Below, one piece after another: positions 36,901 through 48,689 of a DNA stretch of 64,000 bases (positions within the stretch are counted from its first letter, which is position 1; every line of letters starts with the position of its first letter). Made by a program: the position numbers and the translations under genes. Under the pieces are notes generated by a model. The model was not told the DNA's origin. It searched no databases and saw only the letters and a program-made list of their open reading frames with translations. Source of the stretch: Antechinus flavipes (lineage: Eukaryota); assembly GCF_016432865.1 (NCBI RefSeq), contig NC_067399.1, forward strand, positions 225,928,001 to 225,992,000, in the 5' to 3' direction.

Positions 36901-39900
36901 GGCTTAAATCTGATTAGATCTCAGATATCATGAAAAAGGCACTATTTATTATAAATCATATGATCAGATAGGTAATAGGAATTTCTGACTAATACACAGT
37001 AAATTGATAGCTAATTTTCAAAAAAGTAAAACCTTTACAAATTGGGTAATTTTGTTACCCACTGACAAATTGTCATCTACTGACAATGAGTTCAGAGCAC
37101 AAAGAGGCCTAGAAAGTATGTCAGAGAGGAATAAAAAGGCAAGGGATATTGAGCCCCCAAATGACAAAAGATTAATGAGAAGGCATGATAGATTTCTTCT
37201 AAGTTGCCCCAGAGGATAGAAATGTGTGAAAGTCATCTCTGTAAGTAATAACTTTACTTGAAAAAAATCTTCAAGTTAACTACCTTTATCTTCTTTCTCC
37301 TTTCTTTCATAAATTCATTTAAATTGGGGGTTCTTAAACTGGGGTTCACAAACTAATTTTTTTGAATATTTCAATAACTATATTTCAACATAATTCCAAT
37401 TTCTCTGTAATCCTATGTATCTTATTTTATTCACATAAAAATATTCTGAATCTATAGACTTCACAAGATTGCCAAAAGATATCCATGACCTTAAAAAAAA
37501 AAAAAAAGAAAAAAAAAAGGATCACAGTTTGGGAGGGAAGAGGAGGAAAAAAGAATGGATCGATTCAAAGTAGTCTGGAGAAGCAGAGTCAAGATGGTGG
37601 AATAGAAGGAAGGAAAGTAGTTGAGCTACATCTACAACTCTATAAAACATCTATAAAATGCGTAAGACTGAATCCTGATGGAGAGATCCAGAAAAGTCAC
37701 AGTGAGTTTTTTGTCTGACCCAGAAGAAGACAGTGGAGACAGGGTTGGGATAAGGGGTACTCTTATGGGTAAAATGCTCCAATGCCTGAGGAAAGTCTGT
37801 CCCTCAGTACAAAAGGACATTCCAGAACCATACTGGGGTATCCCAGACCCACATGAGGACATTTTAAAGCATGCCAATCAGCACTTACTACCCAGTCCCT
37901 GATCTCAAGAGAAAGGGATTTATACACAGCAATAGTGTTCTTGAAAGAGAAGTCCTGAACTGCATACCAAGAAAGGAAGAAGCTGGCAGCAGTATTATGG
38001 CTCAGACTCCAAGCTCAGAGTAGAGTCTCACTTCCAGTTTCTAGTCCAGCCTGAAGATGAACAGCCAAGGCAGGAAATAAAGACCATAGGGAAGCCTACA
38101 ATTCTGCTACTCTGAACCAGACTTTTCCCACCATTTCATAGGGGTGGAATCCAGAATAGTCTACTCTTGCAAAGAGCCAAATCTAGGTTATGAACTTGTA
38201 ATGCTTGGGGGGAGGAATCAGATCCCTTAGTAAACACTGGAAATTTGCAAGTCCCCAGGCTGTTCCTGAGTTCTTGGAACAATATAACACACAATACCCC
38301 CAAAGAAAGCAAAAACAGGACCAGGTCAGAACTTCCCTCCACATGATTGGCAGAGCTCAGCCCTAATATCAAATTCAAAGACAGGAATCAGTTTAGAAGA
38401 ATGAGCCAGAACATCCCCAATACTATTATGGTGGAAAGGATACTCAAGACACAGATGTAGAAGAGAATGAATCCAAAATATTTTAAAGTGATACTTCAGG
38501 GAAAAAAAAAAAAACATAGGTTGAGAGAAATATTTTATTTTTTCTCAGCAGCAAGTAGAAATAAAGAATACTCTGGTCTCTAATTGGTAAACCAATTTTG
38601 AATGAGCAGATCCTATTTGATCCCATCCTGTTGTCTGACTGCTACTGTCCTTTTGGATATCAGGGCTAGGAATAAGGGGCAGCTAGGTGGTGCAGTGAAT
38701 AGAGCATCAACCCAGAAGTCAGGAGGACCTGAGTTCAAATGTGATCTCAGACACTTAATACTTCCTAAACTTATGACCCTGGGCAAGTCACTTAACCCCA
38801 ATTGCCTCAGCAAAAATAAATAAATGAACGAATGAATAAAAATAGAGCTAGGAACAGGCTACATATTCTGCCACAGTCACAGGTTTTCTTTTTTGCCTCT
38901 TGTCCCAATGTGGTTCTAGACTATCTTTGGCTCCTCCTTGCACAATTGTCACTCTGAAATTAATTTTGTGACCTGCTGTGGCTCTGACAGGCTCCAATTC
39001 ATCTCAAATCTCATTTAAGTCTCTCTAGTTCCTATGCCTGATTGCTGAGTGGGAGGACCACTGGAGAACAGCCATCACCATGCCCTGCTTTCTGTCTTCC
39101 TATGCAGTGACCTACAGAGAGTTGATCCTGCTCTTCTGCCTACCTCATATAGGGATCTCACATAAGATTTACAAGATGTCATGTTGGAGGATGGCTCCTG
39201 CCTTTCTTTCCTCTATTTGAGAGCCTATTGGTTCTGTCTTGAATGCTGTTCCATTTATGCCTTTTCAGTTTTTTTTTCAGGCATTCAAGGGAGAACTGAA
39301 CGCCTTTAGGCCCTTTTATTTCACCACATTAACCAAAATATATATATTTTTAAAAGGTACATTGGACATTCCCTATCTTGCTCTTAAAAACTCAAAAAAC
39401 CCCTCAACAAATTGTTTTGTTCTTATGCCCAGTCCTTTAATTTTTTCCCTTGTAAATTAGACTGTTTCCATTAGAAAGATTCTCCCCATTCTTGCATTAA
39501 ACGATTATCAACAACACTTATTTGAAAAATAGTTTTAAAAAAACCCAACTGACAAAACAAGTAGATATTGGACGAAATGCTCATTGCAAAAAGAAAGTCT
39601 GAGGAAAATGTACAATGATCAGGTAACCACAGAAGTAAAACCTACAGATCCTCATCGGAGGAAAAAAGCCCACAGCTATCTAAAAAGCACAGTTAAAAGA
39701 CAGAATGAACTAAGATAACAGTAATCACAGGTCCGGCAAAGTTGAAAACACAACTAAAAATGGTGACATAATAAAATTCATGAAATTTGATTAAATAATT
39801 CATAAAAGGAACAAGTCATATCCTTGACAATAAGCTAGAAAGCCGTAAATTGATCACCTAAGTTATTTATGCAAGGAACAAGAGTGTTAATGTTCTAGGA

Positions 39901-42900
39901 TAGCGATTCCAAACTTACAGTTCACTAAACCATGAAATACTGGGATCTTATTACAAGGAGTCTTAAATAAAATTAATATAGCAGCTAAGCATATCATTTT
40001 GGTATTTAACAAAACAAAATACACATCAATGATTTCCTATTTTCAATGTTTCATTTGCCGAAGAGGGTTTTTTTTAGCTTTTAATTTTTTACAATGCAAC
40101 ATGGACTTTTCTTTTGTTGAGACTCCCCTCTTAGGGGATGAGTGATAGTAAGCCCAAGTTCTCAGTTGTTTACTCCTACATTTTGAGGTCCTTTAAAAGG
40201 AAATATCCATTTAAACTAAAATAAGATTATGACACAATGGAAGGATAAAATGAGTTAGAACTGGAAGCATTTACTTTTTTTCAAATTAATGAATACTAAT
40301 AGTGAAATCACAGAATATATACATCATAAGAAATTTAGAGCTGAAAAGGATTTTAGGAGGTCATCTATTCTAACTCCTTGTTTCACAGATGAAGAAAGTG
40401 AAGACAAGAGAGTCAAGTAACTTGCCCTAGGTTTCCTGAGTATAAACAAGACAAGATTGGAAATCCAGAGATAGCACTACATTAAACTACTGCTTTTTTG
40501 TGGGAAGGGGAGAAGGTGGTGAGCGTAACTTCTTAAAAAGAAGTCTTCATAATAAAAATACTAGGAATCATTCATTGTCCAGTATAAAAACACTTTCTAA
40601 GTTAATAATTACTGGAGTCAGGCACTGAAATGGAAGAAAGGAGAGGGAGTTGGAATATTTTACAGTAGACTTCATGAAAGGGGGAAATGTATAATCAGCC
40701 TAAAAAATAAAGAAGCCAGATCATAAAGAGCTCTCTATATCAGTGAGGAGCCTGTGCACTTTATTCTTTTTTTTTTTAATTATAGCTTTTTATTGACAGA
40801 ACATATGCATAGGTGATTTTTCAACATTGTCCCTTGCACTCACTTCTGTTCCAACTTTTCCCTTCCCTTCACCTCCTCCCCTAGATGGCAGGTAGTCTCA
40901 TACATGTTAAAGTATATCTTAAATACAATATATATGTACAGATTGGTACAGTTCTCTTGTTCTGTGCACTTTATTCTAAAGATAATAAGGAACCACTAAA
41001 CCTTCTTTAACTGAGAAATGAAGTTTATATTTGTACTTGAGAAATATTAATCTGTGTACATGTTTAACCTATATTGGATTGCTTGCTATCTTGACAGGGA
41101 AGGAGGGAGAAAAATTTGGGAACACAAACTTTTGCAAAGGTGAATGTTGAAAGCTATCTTTGCATGTATTTGGAAAAATAAAGCACAACTGAAAAAAATA
41201 GAAAGAAAAAATACTAATTCAGTAGCTATATAGAGATTGGATTGGAGAGGTTATGGTAAAGGGGGATTAATCAGGAGGCTTTTTCAATAGTCCAGAAAAG
41301 AAGTAAAGAAGGCTTGCAATAGTGTGGTTGTGATGTGAGTGGAGAAAAGGGAGTGGGTAAGAGAATTGACATATCATTAGCTACATAGTATAAGAGTACA
41401 GACTTGAGGACAACTGCTAGATCACAAGAATGGCTGACTAGAAGAATGTTGGTACTCTCAAAAGAAATAGGGAAATTAGGAGGAGAGGAAGATTTAAGGA
41501 CAAATATAATTTTCCTGGACATGTTTACTTTGAGACACCTAACATTCAAGGGAGATGTCTAGCAGGCAATTGAAAGAGACAGAAATGGAGTTCAAGAGGG
41601 AAACAGAGTTGGATTCGTAAGATTGTAAATCAATTGAGAAGAGAATTAAAACAATAAAAGTTGATGAAATGAGATGAGAAAGAAGGTTTGAGGAGGGTAA
41701 AAAAGGAATCAGGACAGAGCCATAGGGTATAAGCACTTAACAGGGAAGGACAAAGATGACAATCCTAAACTGAGTAAGGAATAGTTAAATAAGAGAACCA
41801 GAGGGGGGAAAAAAAGCAATATTGCAAAAAAGATATAGGATATTCAGGGAGAAAAGGTGACTGACAAGGTCAAATGTGTCATATAGGTTAAAAAAGATGA
41901 GAAAAAGAGGAAATACTCTGAGGAAAGAGTATTTGGTTCAGTAATAAAGAGATCACTATCATTGATGATCTCGAAGAGTTGTTTCTAAAGAACGCAGAAC
42001 ATAAGACTTTGAGAAACAAGTGGGAGGTGACACCATAGACAATTAAGCTTTGATAGTGAAAGAGAAAAGATATAGTATGCTAAATTTGAAAAGACGATGG
42101 GAAGATTGAATGAGGGTTTTTGTTTAAGGATGAGAGAAAATTAGGCAGGTTTAGAGGTATTAGGGAATCAATCAGTGAATTAGATAAAACTACAAATGAG
42201 AGATTTAACATTGATACATATAGACAGTCTTTCATCTTTTTATACCACATTTATATTTATGACTAGATCATGCCTTCTTTCTCATAATGACAGTCCTTGA
42301 ATTATTTGGAATATATATTTGTCAGTCAATAGGCATTTATTAAGCACCTACTATATGACAGATACTCTTCTAAGTACTGGAGATATGCCATTCATCAAAA
42401 AGGGGGCAAATTTTAGTACCTAGGCAAAGAAGTTCACAAATTAAATTTATACGAGCTTACATGAAAACTAGAATCAGTCAGCCTTTAAAGGAGTCAGAAA
42501 TCAATCAAATATTTATTAAGTATCTACCATGTTTTAGGTACTGTGTTAGATGCCAAACATATATTAAGACAAAGTTTGCATTTTAATGGGAGAAATGACT
42601 AAATGTTATGAAGGAGGGAGAAAAGACACAATGAATAAGCTTTTAAATTGAGCTGACTGAAAAAATGTTTTTCACTTAAGGAAACAGAAAAGTTGGGAAA
42701 GAGGAAGAATAATGGGTCATTCTGAGATGGCGTTATCTCCAAGTGAAACTATCTTTTAAGAGGCAGCTAGATGTACAGTATTTTGATATAGGTGAGAAAG
42801 GCAAAGACAAAAAATAAAAAGATTTAGAAGTCATAAGCAATGGCATGTTAGAGACTATTGCAAGCCTAGTGTCATATTTTCAGTGTGAACATTTACAATT

Positions 42901-45900
42901 CAGAAATCAGCAATCCCTACAAAAACTGATTAGAGTTATTGTTTTGTTAATTGTCTAGACTTTTTAAAATGATAGGAAACATGTCAATAATGCAGATTTA
43001 ACTTTAAAATGTCATGTGTACATCTAAATAGAGATAGTTGTTAAACATTTACCAGCACACCATACACAAGACAATAATCCCCACTCCTACTTTCCAACCA
43101 ACTAACAATGCTGAAGCCACAAAATAAGCTTAGTTCAGAAAAGATGACAAAAAAGAGAGCCTCAAAGGAGCTTGAATTAATCAAAATATCTTACTGAGCT
43201 TTGGGGCATGAGGAGCAATATGAAGTACTGAAGAGGGGAAAAAGGCTAAAATTATTGAGTGAGAAGAAACAGTAAAGTGAAAGCGAAAATAGAATAAATT
43301 TAATACCTAATAAGTCAAATAGTTATTAAGTGCTTACTTACGCACTAAGCATACAAGTATAAAAAGTAAAACAATTTCGACTCACAGAATTTTAAGGAGA
43401 TAGTCAAGAATGGAGAAGTTTTAAAGGAAGTCCCTGGATTTAGCAAGAGAGTAGACAACAAAGTCATTTAGAAATGTGCTTTCAACATTTTTACAGTTAA
43501 ATGTTCCAATAAAGGCCTCATTTTCAAAATATATAGAGAATTGACACTAATTTATAAAAAATCAAGCCATTCTCCAACTGATAAATGATCAAAGGATATG
43601 AACAGACAATTTTCAGAGGATGAAATTAAAACTATTGCTACTCATATGAAAAGGTGTTCCAAATCATTATTGATCAGAGAAATTCAAATTAAGACAACTC
43701 TGAGATACCACTACACATCTGTCAGATTGGTTAAGATGACAGGAAAAGATAATGACGAATATTGGAGGGGATGTAGGAAAACTGGGATACTGATGCATTG
43801 TTGGTGGAATTGTGAATGGATCCAACCATTCTGGAGAGCAATTTGGAACTATACTCAAAAAGTTATCAAACTGTGCATACCCTTTGATACAGCAGTGTTT
43901 CTACTGGGCTTATACCCAAAAGAGATATTAAAGAAGGGAAAGGGACCTGTATGTGCAAAAAGTTTGTGGCAGCCCTTTTTGTAGTGGCTACAAACTGGCA
44001 AATGAATGGATGTCCATCAGTTGGAGAATGGCTGAGTAAATTGTGATATATGAATGTTATGGAACATTATTGTTCTATAAGAAACGACCAGCAGGATGAA
44101 TACAGAGAGGCTTGGAGAGATTTACATGAACTGATACTAATGAGCACAACTAGGAGATCATTATACACTTCAACAACAATACCACATGAGGATTAATTCT
44201 GATGGAAGTGACTATCTTCAACAATGAGATGAATCAAATCAGTTCCAATTGATCAATAATGAACAGAACCAGCTACACCCAGCGAAAAGATATTGGGAAA
44301 TGAGTGTGGACCACAACATATCATTTGCACTCTTTCTGTTATAGTTTGCTTGCATTTTTGTTTTTCTTTTCAGGTTATTTTTACCTTCTTTCTAAATCTG
44401 ATTTTTCTTGTGCAGCAAGATAACTGTATAAATATGTATACATATGTCATATTTAACATATACTTTTACATATTTAACATATATGGGACTACCTGCCACC
44501 TAGGGGAGGGAATAGAGGGAAGGAGAGGAAAAGTTGGAACAGAGCAAGGGTCAATGTTGAAAAATTACCCATGCATATGTTTTGTCAATAAAAAGCTAAA
44601 AGAAAAAAGAAAAAAGAAAAAAAAGGTACTTTCCAAAGAATGGCTAGGATAGAATCTAGATTCGGAAAATGGGAGCTACGTTCAAGAAGCATGACAGCAA
44701 AAAAATAGTAGTGGATGGACAGGTAGAAAGGGCAAAAGATCAAGCAATAAAATTGCATTTAAAATACATGCATGTCTGTCATATATATGTATAATCACAT
44801 CTTTATTCTGTAATTTGGATTTTTCACACATTCTAACTAGTCTTCTCTTCCCAATTAATCTACATTAATGAAATTTTACTGTATTATTACACAACAAATA
44901 TTTCCTTGAAAGACACAAGATAATGCAAAAACTATTTTTAAGGTTGACAGTTAACAACTGTTTTATATACATCTAAAAGAGAGAACAATCAAAAAAATCT
45001 GACAGTACAGTTCTCTCTCTCTCTTATAGTACAGTGCTAAACCTGGGATAATTACTTATTTGTACCAAAGTATGAGAGTTATTTATTTCTATTAGAAGCT
45101 TCTAGGAGTGAAAGAACAATTGAAATAATATGAAACTTCTTGACAGTTTTAGAAAATATTGCTGCTAAACTTATGTGTCTATCGGGGAATGAAGATTTGA
45201 AATAAAGCAGAAACCTGTCTCAACTCCGTGAAATTGTAAAGTGGGCTAAAAAACTATCATAAAATGTGGTTGATATATTGAAAATCTGGATTTAAAAATT
45301 ATACACATTATCAATTTAAAGAGTTTCCCCAATTCTTTTTGTACAGCAAAATGTATACATACATTGTATTTAACATATACTTTAACATATTTAACATGTA
45401 TTGGTCAACCTGGCATCTGGGAGAGGGGGTGGGGAAAAAGAGGATAAATATTGGAACAAAAGGTTTTGCAATTGTCGATGCTGGAAAATTACCCATGCAT
45501 ATATCTTGTAAATAAAAAGCCATAACAAACAAACCAATAAATAAATAACAATAAAAAAAAAAAGTTTCATCAAAGGGGAAAAATCAAGAATGGCTTAAAT
45601 TAATCAGTAATGTAAAGGCATATTTTCAGTGATTTGTGATATAGGGAATTGGTGATGAAAGTTCTTTAAGTGAGAACCTTCTTTTGCATATTAAATAATA
45701 TAAAATAATTTTTTGTAGAATTTAAATCGGTTGTTTCATTTTCAGAGTGACCTTAATTTATACATTGTGATTTGGTCAAGATCACAACCATGCCTTCTTA
45801 TTATCAAGTTTTGGAATTGAAAACAATAGACAGTAGCCAAACAAGAAAGTTAGTATCTAGAGGAAAAGGAAGAAAAGGATGATTCTATGGAGAGCTTGCC

Positions 45901-46366
45901 AGGTTTTTTCCCAGTAGTTTTCTTTAAAACATGTGTTTTTTTTTTTTTTTTTTTTAATTCTCTCTGTAATAAATAGAAAAGTCCTATTTCATTTAGCCCA
46001 GAGAGGGACCACACTTTCTTTTATAAGCAATCACCTTCTAATATAGCTGAAAAGGAAAAAACATACTTCCAACAAATCATATTAATATTTGTTTCTAATA
46101 AACAGTTGATTTATAGTTCCTATAAAAAATGTCCTTATCATTTTATGTATAGAAAATATTCTATTCTTTGAAAACCATTACAAACTATCATTCATGTTGA
46201 ATACTGACCATTAATTTGTATATAAAGTAGCATTTTCACTATCAACTCTTTTCTTTATTAGAATAATAACATTCACAGTGAAAAAATATCATTAGCATCA
46301 CTTACCAAATTTGTAGCTTGATCTTTTTTCCTTGTAATTCAACTGTTTTGATCTTAAAGTCAATTC
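18843..46366 (-). CDS. RAB10: Ras-related protein Rab-10, partial spliced CDS: join of exons 2-6; exon 1 lies outside the window
   Basis: Five GT-AG exons (61+139+90+102+84 nt) splice in frame to (G)[157 protein letters not shown]. This has the WDTAGQE, NKCD and ETSAK GTPase motifs and a CC prenylation end. Confidence 0.98.
20605..20706 (-). CDS. RAB10: RAB10 coding exon 5 (102 nt)
   Basis: Acceptor ttttctatcttag|ATTGCA, donor CGAAAG|gtaagt; encodes [34 protein letters not shown]. Confidence 0.97.
20793..20910 (-). mobile_element. 5'-truncated WSINE1-like SINE in intron 4, 17-bp TSD
   Basis: TSD ctaaaatgaa(t/c)aatttt at 20776-20792 and 20911-20927. Confidence 0.9.
21924..22125. mobile_element. 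hAT/Charlie-type MITE
   Basis: Perfect 14-bp terminal inverted repeats cagtggttctcaaa...tttgagaaccactg; an 8-bp TSD is not preserved. Confidence 0.8.
22467..22556 (-). CDS. RAB10: RAB10 coding exon 4 (90 nt)
   Basis: Acceptor ttgttcttttgtag|CATGCC, donor GAACAG|gtaata; encodes [30 protein letters not shown] (too short for the ORF track). Confidence 0.97.
22690..23330. mobile_element. Cluster of decayed MIR fragments in both orientations
   Basis: ctcatttgagtgtcacaacaaatc...; aagtcccttaagctcctgggatctcagtttccacatatgcaaaat...; gcagaaatctaaggtccaaaacgatttaagtgactt. Confidence 0.55.
24883..24909 (-). CDS. Candidate alternative in-frame microexon of RAB10 (27 nt, QSDFMPQEQ)
   Basis: tttatatcttttgctctgacag|CAGTCAGACTTCATGCCCCAAGAACAG|gttagt in phase-0 intron 3; no stop codon; no transcript evidence. 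Confidence 0.4.
25021..25777 (+). mobile_element. 5'-truncated young-type marsupial L1 (antisense to RAB10)
   Basis: ORF 25017-25304 ([24 protein letters not shown]) is L1 ORF2 C-terminus; A-rich tail; TSD aagaatcctaagtgt / aagaatccggaagtgt. Confidence 0.92.
26077..26239 (+). mobile_element. Short L1 3' tail insertion
   Basis: TSD atataggca(c/t)tg at 26065-26076 and 26240-26251. Confidence 0.8.
26528..26645 (+). mobile_element. WSINE/CORE-SINE head fragment
   Basis: ggcagctagttggtatagtggatagag...gagttcaaatctggcctc...ggcaagtcacttaac. Confidence 0.8.
26700..27319 (+). mobile_element. Candidate solo LTR (ERV)
   Basis: ~620 bp, begins TG, ends CA; AATAAA at 27225-27230 followed by U5-like tttgcctcttgatttg; TSD only imperfect (aattg/cattg). 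Confidence 0.5.
27740..29880 (-). mobile_element. Long L2 LINE relic
   Basis: L2 3' end agtcagtcaaacatttattaaatgcctactatgtgctaagcact followed by ~2 kb of purine-rich L2-like sequence; ORFs 28992-29874 are its remnants. Confidence 0.8.
30207..30345 (-). CDS. RAB10: RAB10 coding exon 3 (139 nt), switch II region including the T73-equivalent codon at 30315-30317
   Basis: Acceptor tttattcccag|GGATACA, donor GATGAG|gtaaga; encodes [46 protein letters not shown]. Confidence 0.98.
30687..32567 (+). mobile_element. 5'-truncated L1 (host), split by a nested L1
   Basis: 15-bp TSD aaaaggtagtaaaga at 30672-30686 and 32568-32582; ORF 30777-31034 is L1 ORF2 C-terminus. Confidence 0.93.
31188..32160 (-). 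mobile_element. Younger 5'-truncated L1 nested in inverted orientation
   Basis: poly-T at the left end; TSD tacgatgatcaa(ttc/aac) at 31173 and 32161; many CpGs retained. Confidence 0.93.
35050..35460 (-). mobile_element. CR1/L3 3' relic
   Basis: Reverse translation [30 protein letters not shown]. Confidence 0.8.
35515..35725 (+). mobile_element. CR1/L3 RT fragment
   Basis: gacttgataaaggcatc...cttatcaaatttaaaaatgacaccaaggtgg...aataaatgtaaagtc, similar to DLDKGI..LIKFADDTKLG..NRDKCKV. Confidence 0.7.
37322..37500. mobile_element. hAT-type MITE fragment (same family as 51070-51262)
   Basis: gggggttcttaaactggggttcaca...atttcaacataatt...ctgtaatcctatg...gacttcacaagattgccaaaagatatccatgac. Confidence 0.55.
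37575..38520 (+). mobile_element. Old L1 5'UTR plus start of ORF1
   Basis: Starts gagaagcagagtcaagatggtggaa (L1 5' end motif); ORF1-like start gaatgagc...tactattatggtggaaaggatactcaagacaca. Confidence 0.7.
38560..39335 (-). mobile_element. Old L1 5'UTR relic, interrupted by a SINE
   Basis: Right end ttcaccacattaaccaaaat resembles the reverse of the L1 5' start; gagggagaactg-like block near 39290. Confidence 0.5.
38676..38838 (+). mobile_element. Full-length WSINE1-like SINE
   Basis: ggggcagctaggtggtgcagtg...ccccaattgcctcagcaaaaataaa; degenerate TSD ag(g/a)gctaggaa(t/c)a. Confidence 0.92.
40320..40470 (-). mobile_element. MIR SINE
   Basis: tttagagctgaaaagg...ttcacagatgaagaaagtgaag...aagtaacttgccctagg. 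Confidence 0.7.
40768..40961 (-). mobile_element. 194-bp L1 3' tail insertion
   Basis: Perfect 16-bp TSD ctgtgcactttattct at 40752-40767 and 40962-40977. Confidence 0.92.
41050..41210 (+). mobile_element. L1 3' tail fragment
   Basis: catgtttaacctatattggattgcttgc...gaatgttgaaagctatctttgcatgtatttggaaaaataaa. Confidence 0.75.
43486..44621 (+). mobile_element. 5'-truncated L1 (~1.1 kb)
   Basis: ORF 43598-43984 ([13 protein letters not shown]...[23 protein letters not shown]) is L1 ORF2 C-terminus; A-rich tail; degenerate TSD aaatgtgctttcaa / aaaggtactttccaa. Confidence 0.92.
45330..45563 (+). mobile_element. L1 3' tail
   Basis: ttctttttgtacagcaaaatgtatacat...ggaaaattacccatgcatatatcttgtaaataaaaagc plus A tail. 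Confidence 0.85.
46306..46366 (-). CDS. RAB10: RAB10 coding exon 2 (61 nt)
   Basis: Acceptor ttttcccctctgctgtag|GAATTGAC, donor ATTTG|gtaagt; encodes [19 protein letters not shown](W). Confidence 0.97.
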
Positions 46367-46725
46367 CTACAGCAGAGGGGAAAAGAAAAGAACTTTTTAA
46401 CAGAAATTTCATAATATATATCCACAATTAAATTTATATACAGATTTATTTTTAATTTTTGGCTTCAGAATCATAGTTCTGAGGAATTACATTCAATTTT
46501 TAATACAATTTACCCAATTTAATAACAATTAGGCTAAAATTAGAAAGGAGTTTTTCTCAGATAAGAAGTATTTAATGAAAGAGGATAATTATTCCTTTTT
46601 TTTTAAGTCTGAATTTAAAATGAAATGGATATTTTCATATAAACAGAATGGAAAAAGTAGACTGTACATGTAACTATAGGTCTCTATTATGCATAGTTTG
46701 TTTTTCTTATTAAACACACATGTTC

Positions 46726-46978
46726 CTTTTTTCTCAGTTTTTCTTTTTCTTCCTTCTTGAGCAACTGGATGGCTGTGTGAATATATGTATATACATATTG
46801 TATCTGGTATATATTTTGGCATATTTAGCATGAATTGGACTGCCTGCCAGGTGACATAGGGGATGAGGGAAGAAGGGGAAAATTTGTGGCAGGGGCTTAT
46901 GCAGGGGTTAATGTTGGAAAAATTACCCATGCATATACTTTGTGAATAAAAAGCTTTAATTAAAAAGAAAAGGAAAAA
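46726..46978 (+). mobile_element. L1 3' tail near the exon 2 acceptor side
   Basis: TSD aaaca(c/t)acatg(t/c)tc at 46712-46725 and 46979-46992. Confidence 0.85.
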
Positions 46979-47049
46979 AAACATACATGCTCAATAGGCA
47001 ACTTTCAAAGCTGTTCTGCTTGTCTGTCTTTCTTTCTAGTCTTCAAAGA

Positions 47050-47900
47050 TTTCTCTCTGCATTTTAAACAACCCTCTTTCTTTTTGGCCACCCTATCCAT
47101 ATCTTTATCTTCCTATCTCCCCACTGTTGGAAAAAAATAAAACAAATACATACTGTCAAGCAAAATCAATTTCTACATTAGGCAAGTTTGAAAATATATG
47201 TCTTTTTCCATATCTTATATGTTATCACTTCTCCTCCCTCCCCAATCAGTGTCTTAAATTAACTGAATGAAAACTTGTTTTTTTACATTGCTCAAAGTTC
47301 AAGTTTTTCAAAGTAGGTTTTTTTAAAAAAAATATTATAAAAAGTTGTTTTCCTGATTCTGCTCATTTTATTCTGCATCAGTTCACAATGATTTTTTCCA
47401 AGTTTATTTGAAGCTTCATTCTTTATTAGATAAAATAATATATTCCATTACAATCACAAATCACAATTAGCCATTCCCCAATAGAAGGGGATTGCACCTG
47501 CATTTCCAGTTTTTGCCACTTCAACAAAAAACATTACTATAAATAATTTTGAAAATGTGGATTCTCTTCCTGTCTTTCACCTCTTGGTGTTTAGTGCTAG
47601 TTTGGTCAAAGCACAATTTAGTGACTTTTGGAGAACATTTCCAACTGCTTTCAAGAACAACTAGAACAATTCAATTACATCACCAGTGTGCTGTTATGCC
47701 TGTTTTTCATAGTACTTCCAACATTTGTCATTCTCCTTTTTCTTCCTATCTTTGCTAATGATATGTGAGGTAGAGCCTTGGAAGAGCTTATTTTGCATTT
47801 CTCTGGTATTACTGATTTGCAACACTGATTAATGTTTGTTTGGATTTTTTTCCTTTGAAAATTACTTTACATCCTTTGACCATATATCTTACTTTAGGTC
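47050..47900 (-). mobile_element. Old L1 3' region
   Basis: ttagccattccccaatagaaggg...catttccagtttttgccac...ttccaactgctttcaagaac...ttatttgcatttctctg. Confidence 0.7.
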
Positions 47901-48689
47901 CCCTTTTTCCAGAAGGCTAAAATTATTGCTAGGGGGAAAAGAAAGGAAAGATGGGGAACAGGAGGTGAGAATTAAGAGCAGTAAATACTGTGTAAAGATT
48001 TATCATAGTTTGGAAATCTTGTCTCCCCCTCCTCTTACTTTTCTCTGTCCAACAGTTTGTTTCTTACCTAGTCATGCTCTCTCTTCAGTACCTTCCTTTC
48101 TTAATATAAGGCTATTTCCTCCCTAGTTGCTCTAACTATAAGGCCGCCCCCAAAGAACCCCGAGCTTTTCTGAAGCATGGTCTTTAAAGTCCCAGTATGA
48201 GTGTGGTGTAACCAGTCTCCTCTAGACAGACCTCTCTCATTTCTGCTTTCTCCCTTCTTCCTCCCTAAGTTCCTTGAAAGCTTTAGTTTTTGTATCCCCA
48301 CCACTTCCCATAACATTTAGCATATAGTAAAAGGCTTGATAATAACTACATTCATTCATTGTCAAAAGACCACTCTGTCAGAGGCCATTAGATACCATCT
48401 CTCATTGTATTTCCTCCTCACTCTTCCCTTAGAACTCTTTCAAAGGTGCTAATCGTGGTCCATCTGAGAGGCTCACTATATAGCAGTACCAGTACACTTT
48501 TCCTAGCTCCAATTAATCCCTTAAACACATCAAAGGGTCTACTGGCTTCAGCATGGACTGTTTGTCTGATTCTATAGGAAATCCGTTTAGTCTCAGCAAG
48601 AGACTCTAAAATAGACTAATTTTTTACAGTATAAAGGAAAAAAACCCATTCCTTGGGGAAAAAAAAAAGGCCACTACAAACATTTTTGC

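Larger units (their letters stand above)
40560..42170 (-). mobile_element. L2 LINE relic with two nested L1 tails
   Basis: ORF 41271-41549: [27 protein letters not shown]...HYCKPSLL, similar to the L2 ORF2 C-terminus. Confidence 0.8.

Noticed and set aside
37004-37236. Overlapping antisense ORFs of 71-72 aa
   Set aside because: No motifs or splice context; the length is expected by chance.
39919-39961. Possible 43-nt poison exon (ttatttaag|...GAACT|gtaagt) in intron 2
   Set aside because: Good donor but weak A-interrupted pyrimidine tract; such pairs arise often by chance in 16 kb of intron.
43598-43984. 128-aa ORF as a nested gene
   Set aside because: It is the C-terminal part of L1 ORF2 within a 5'-truncated element.
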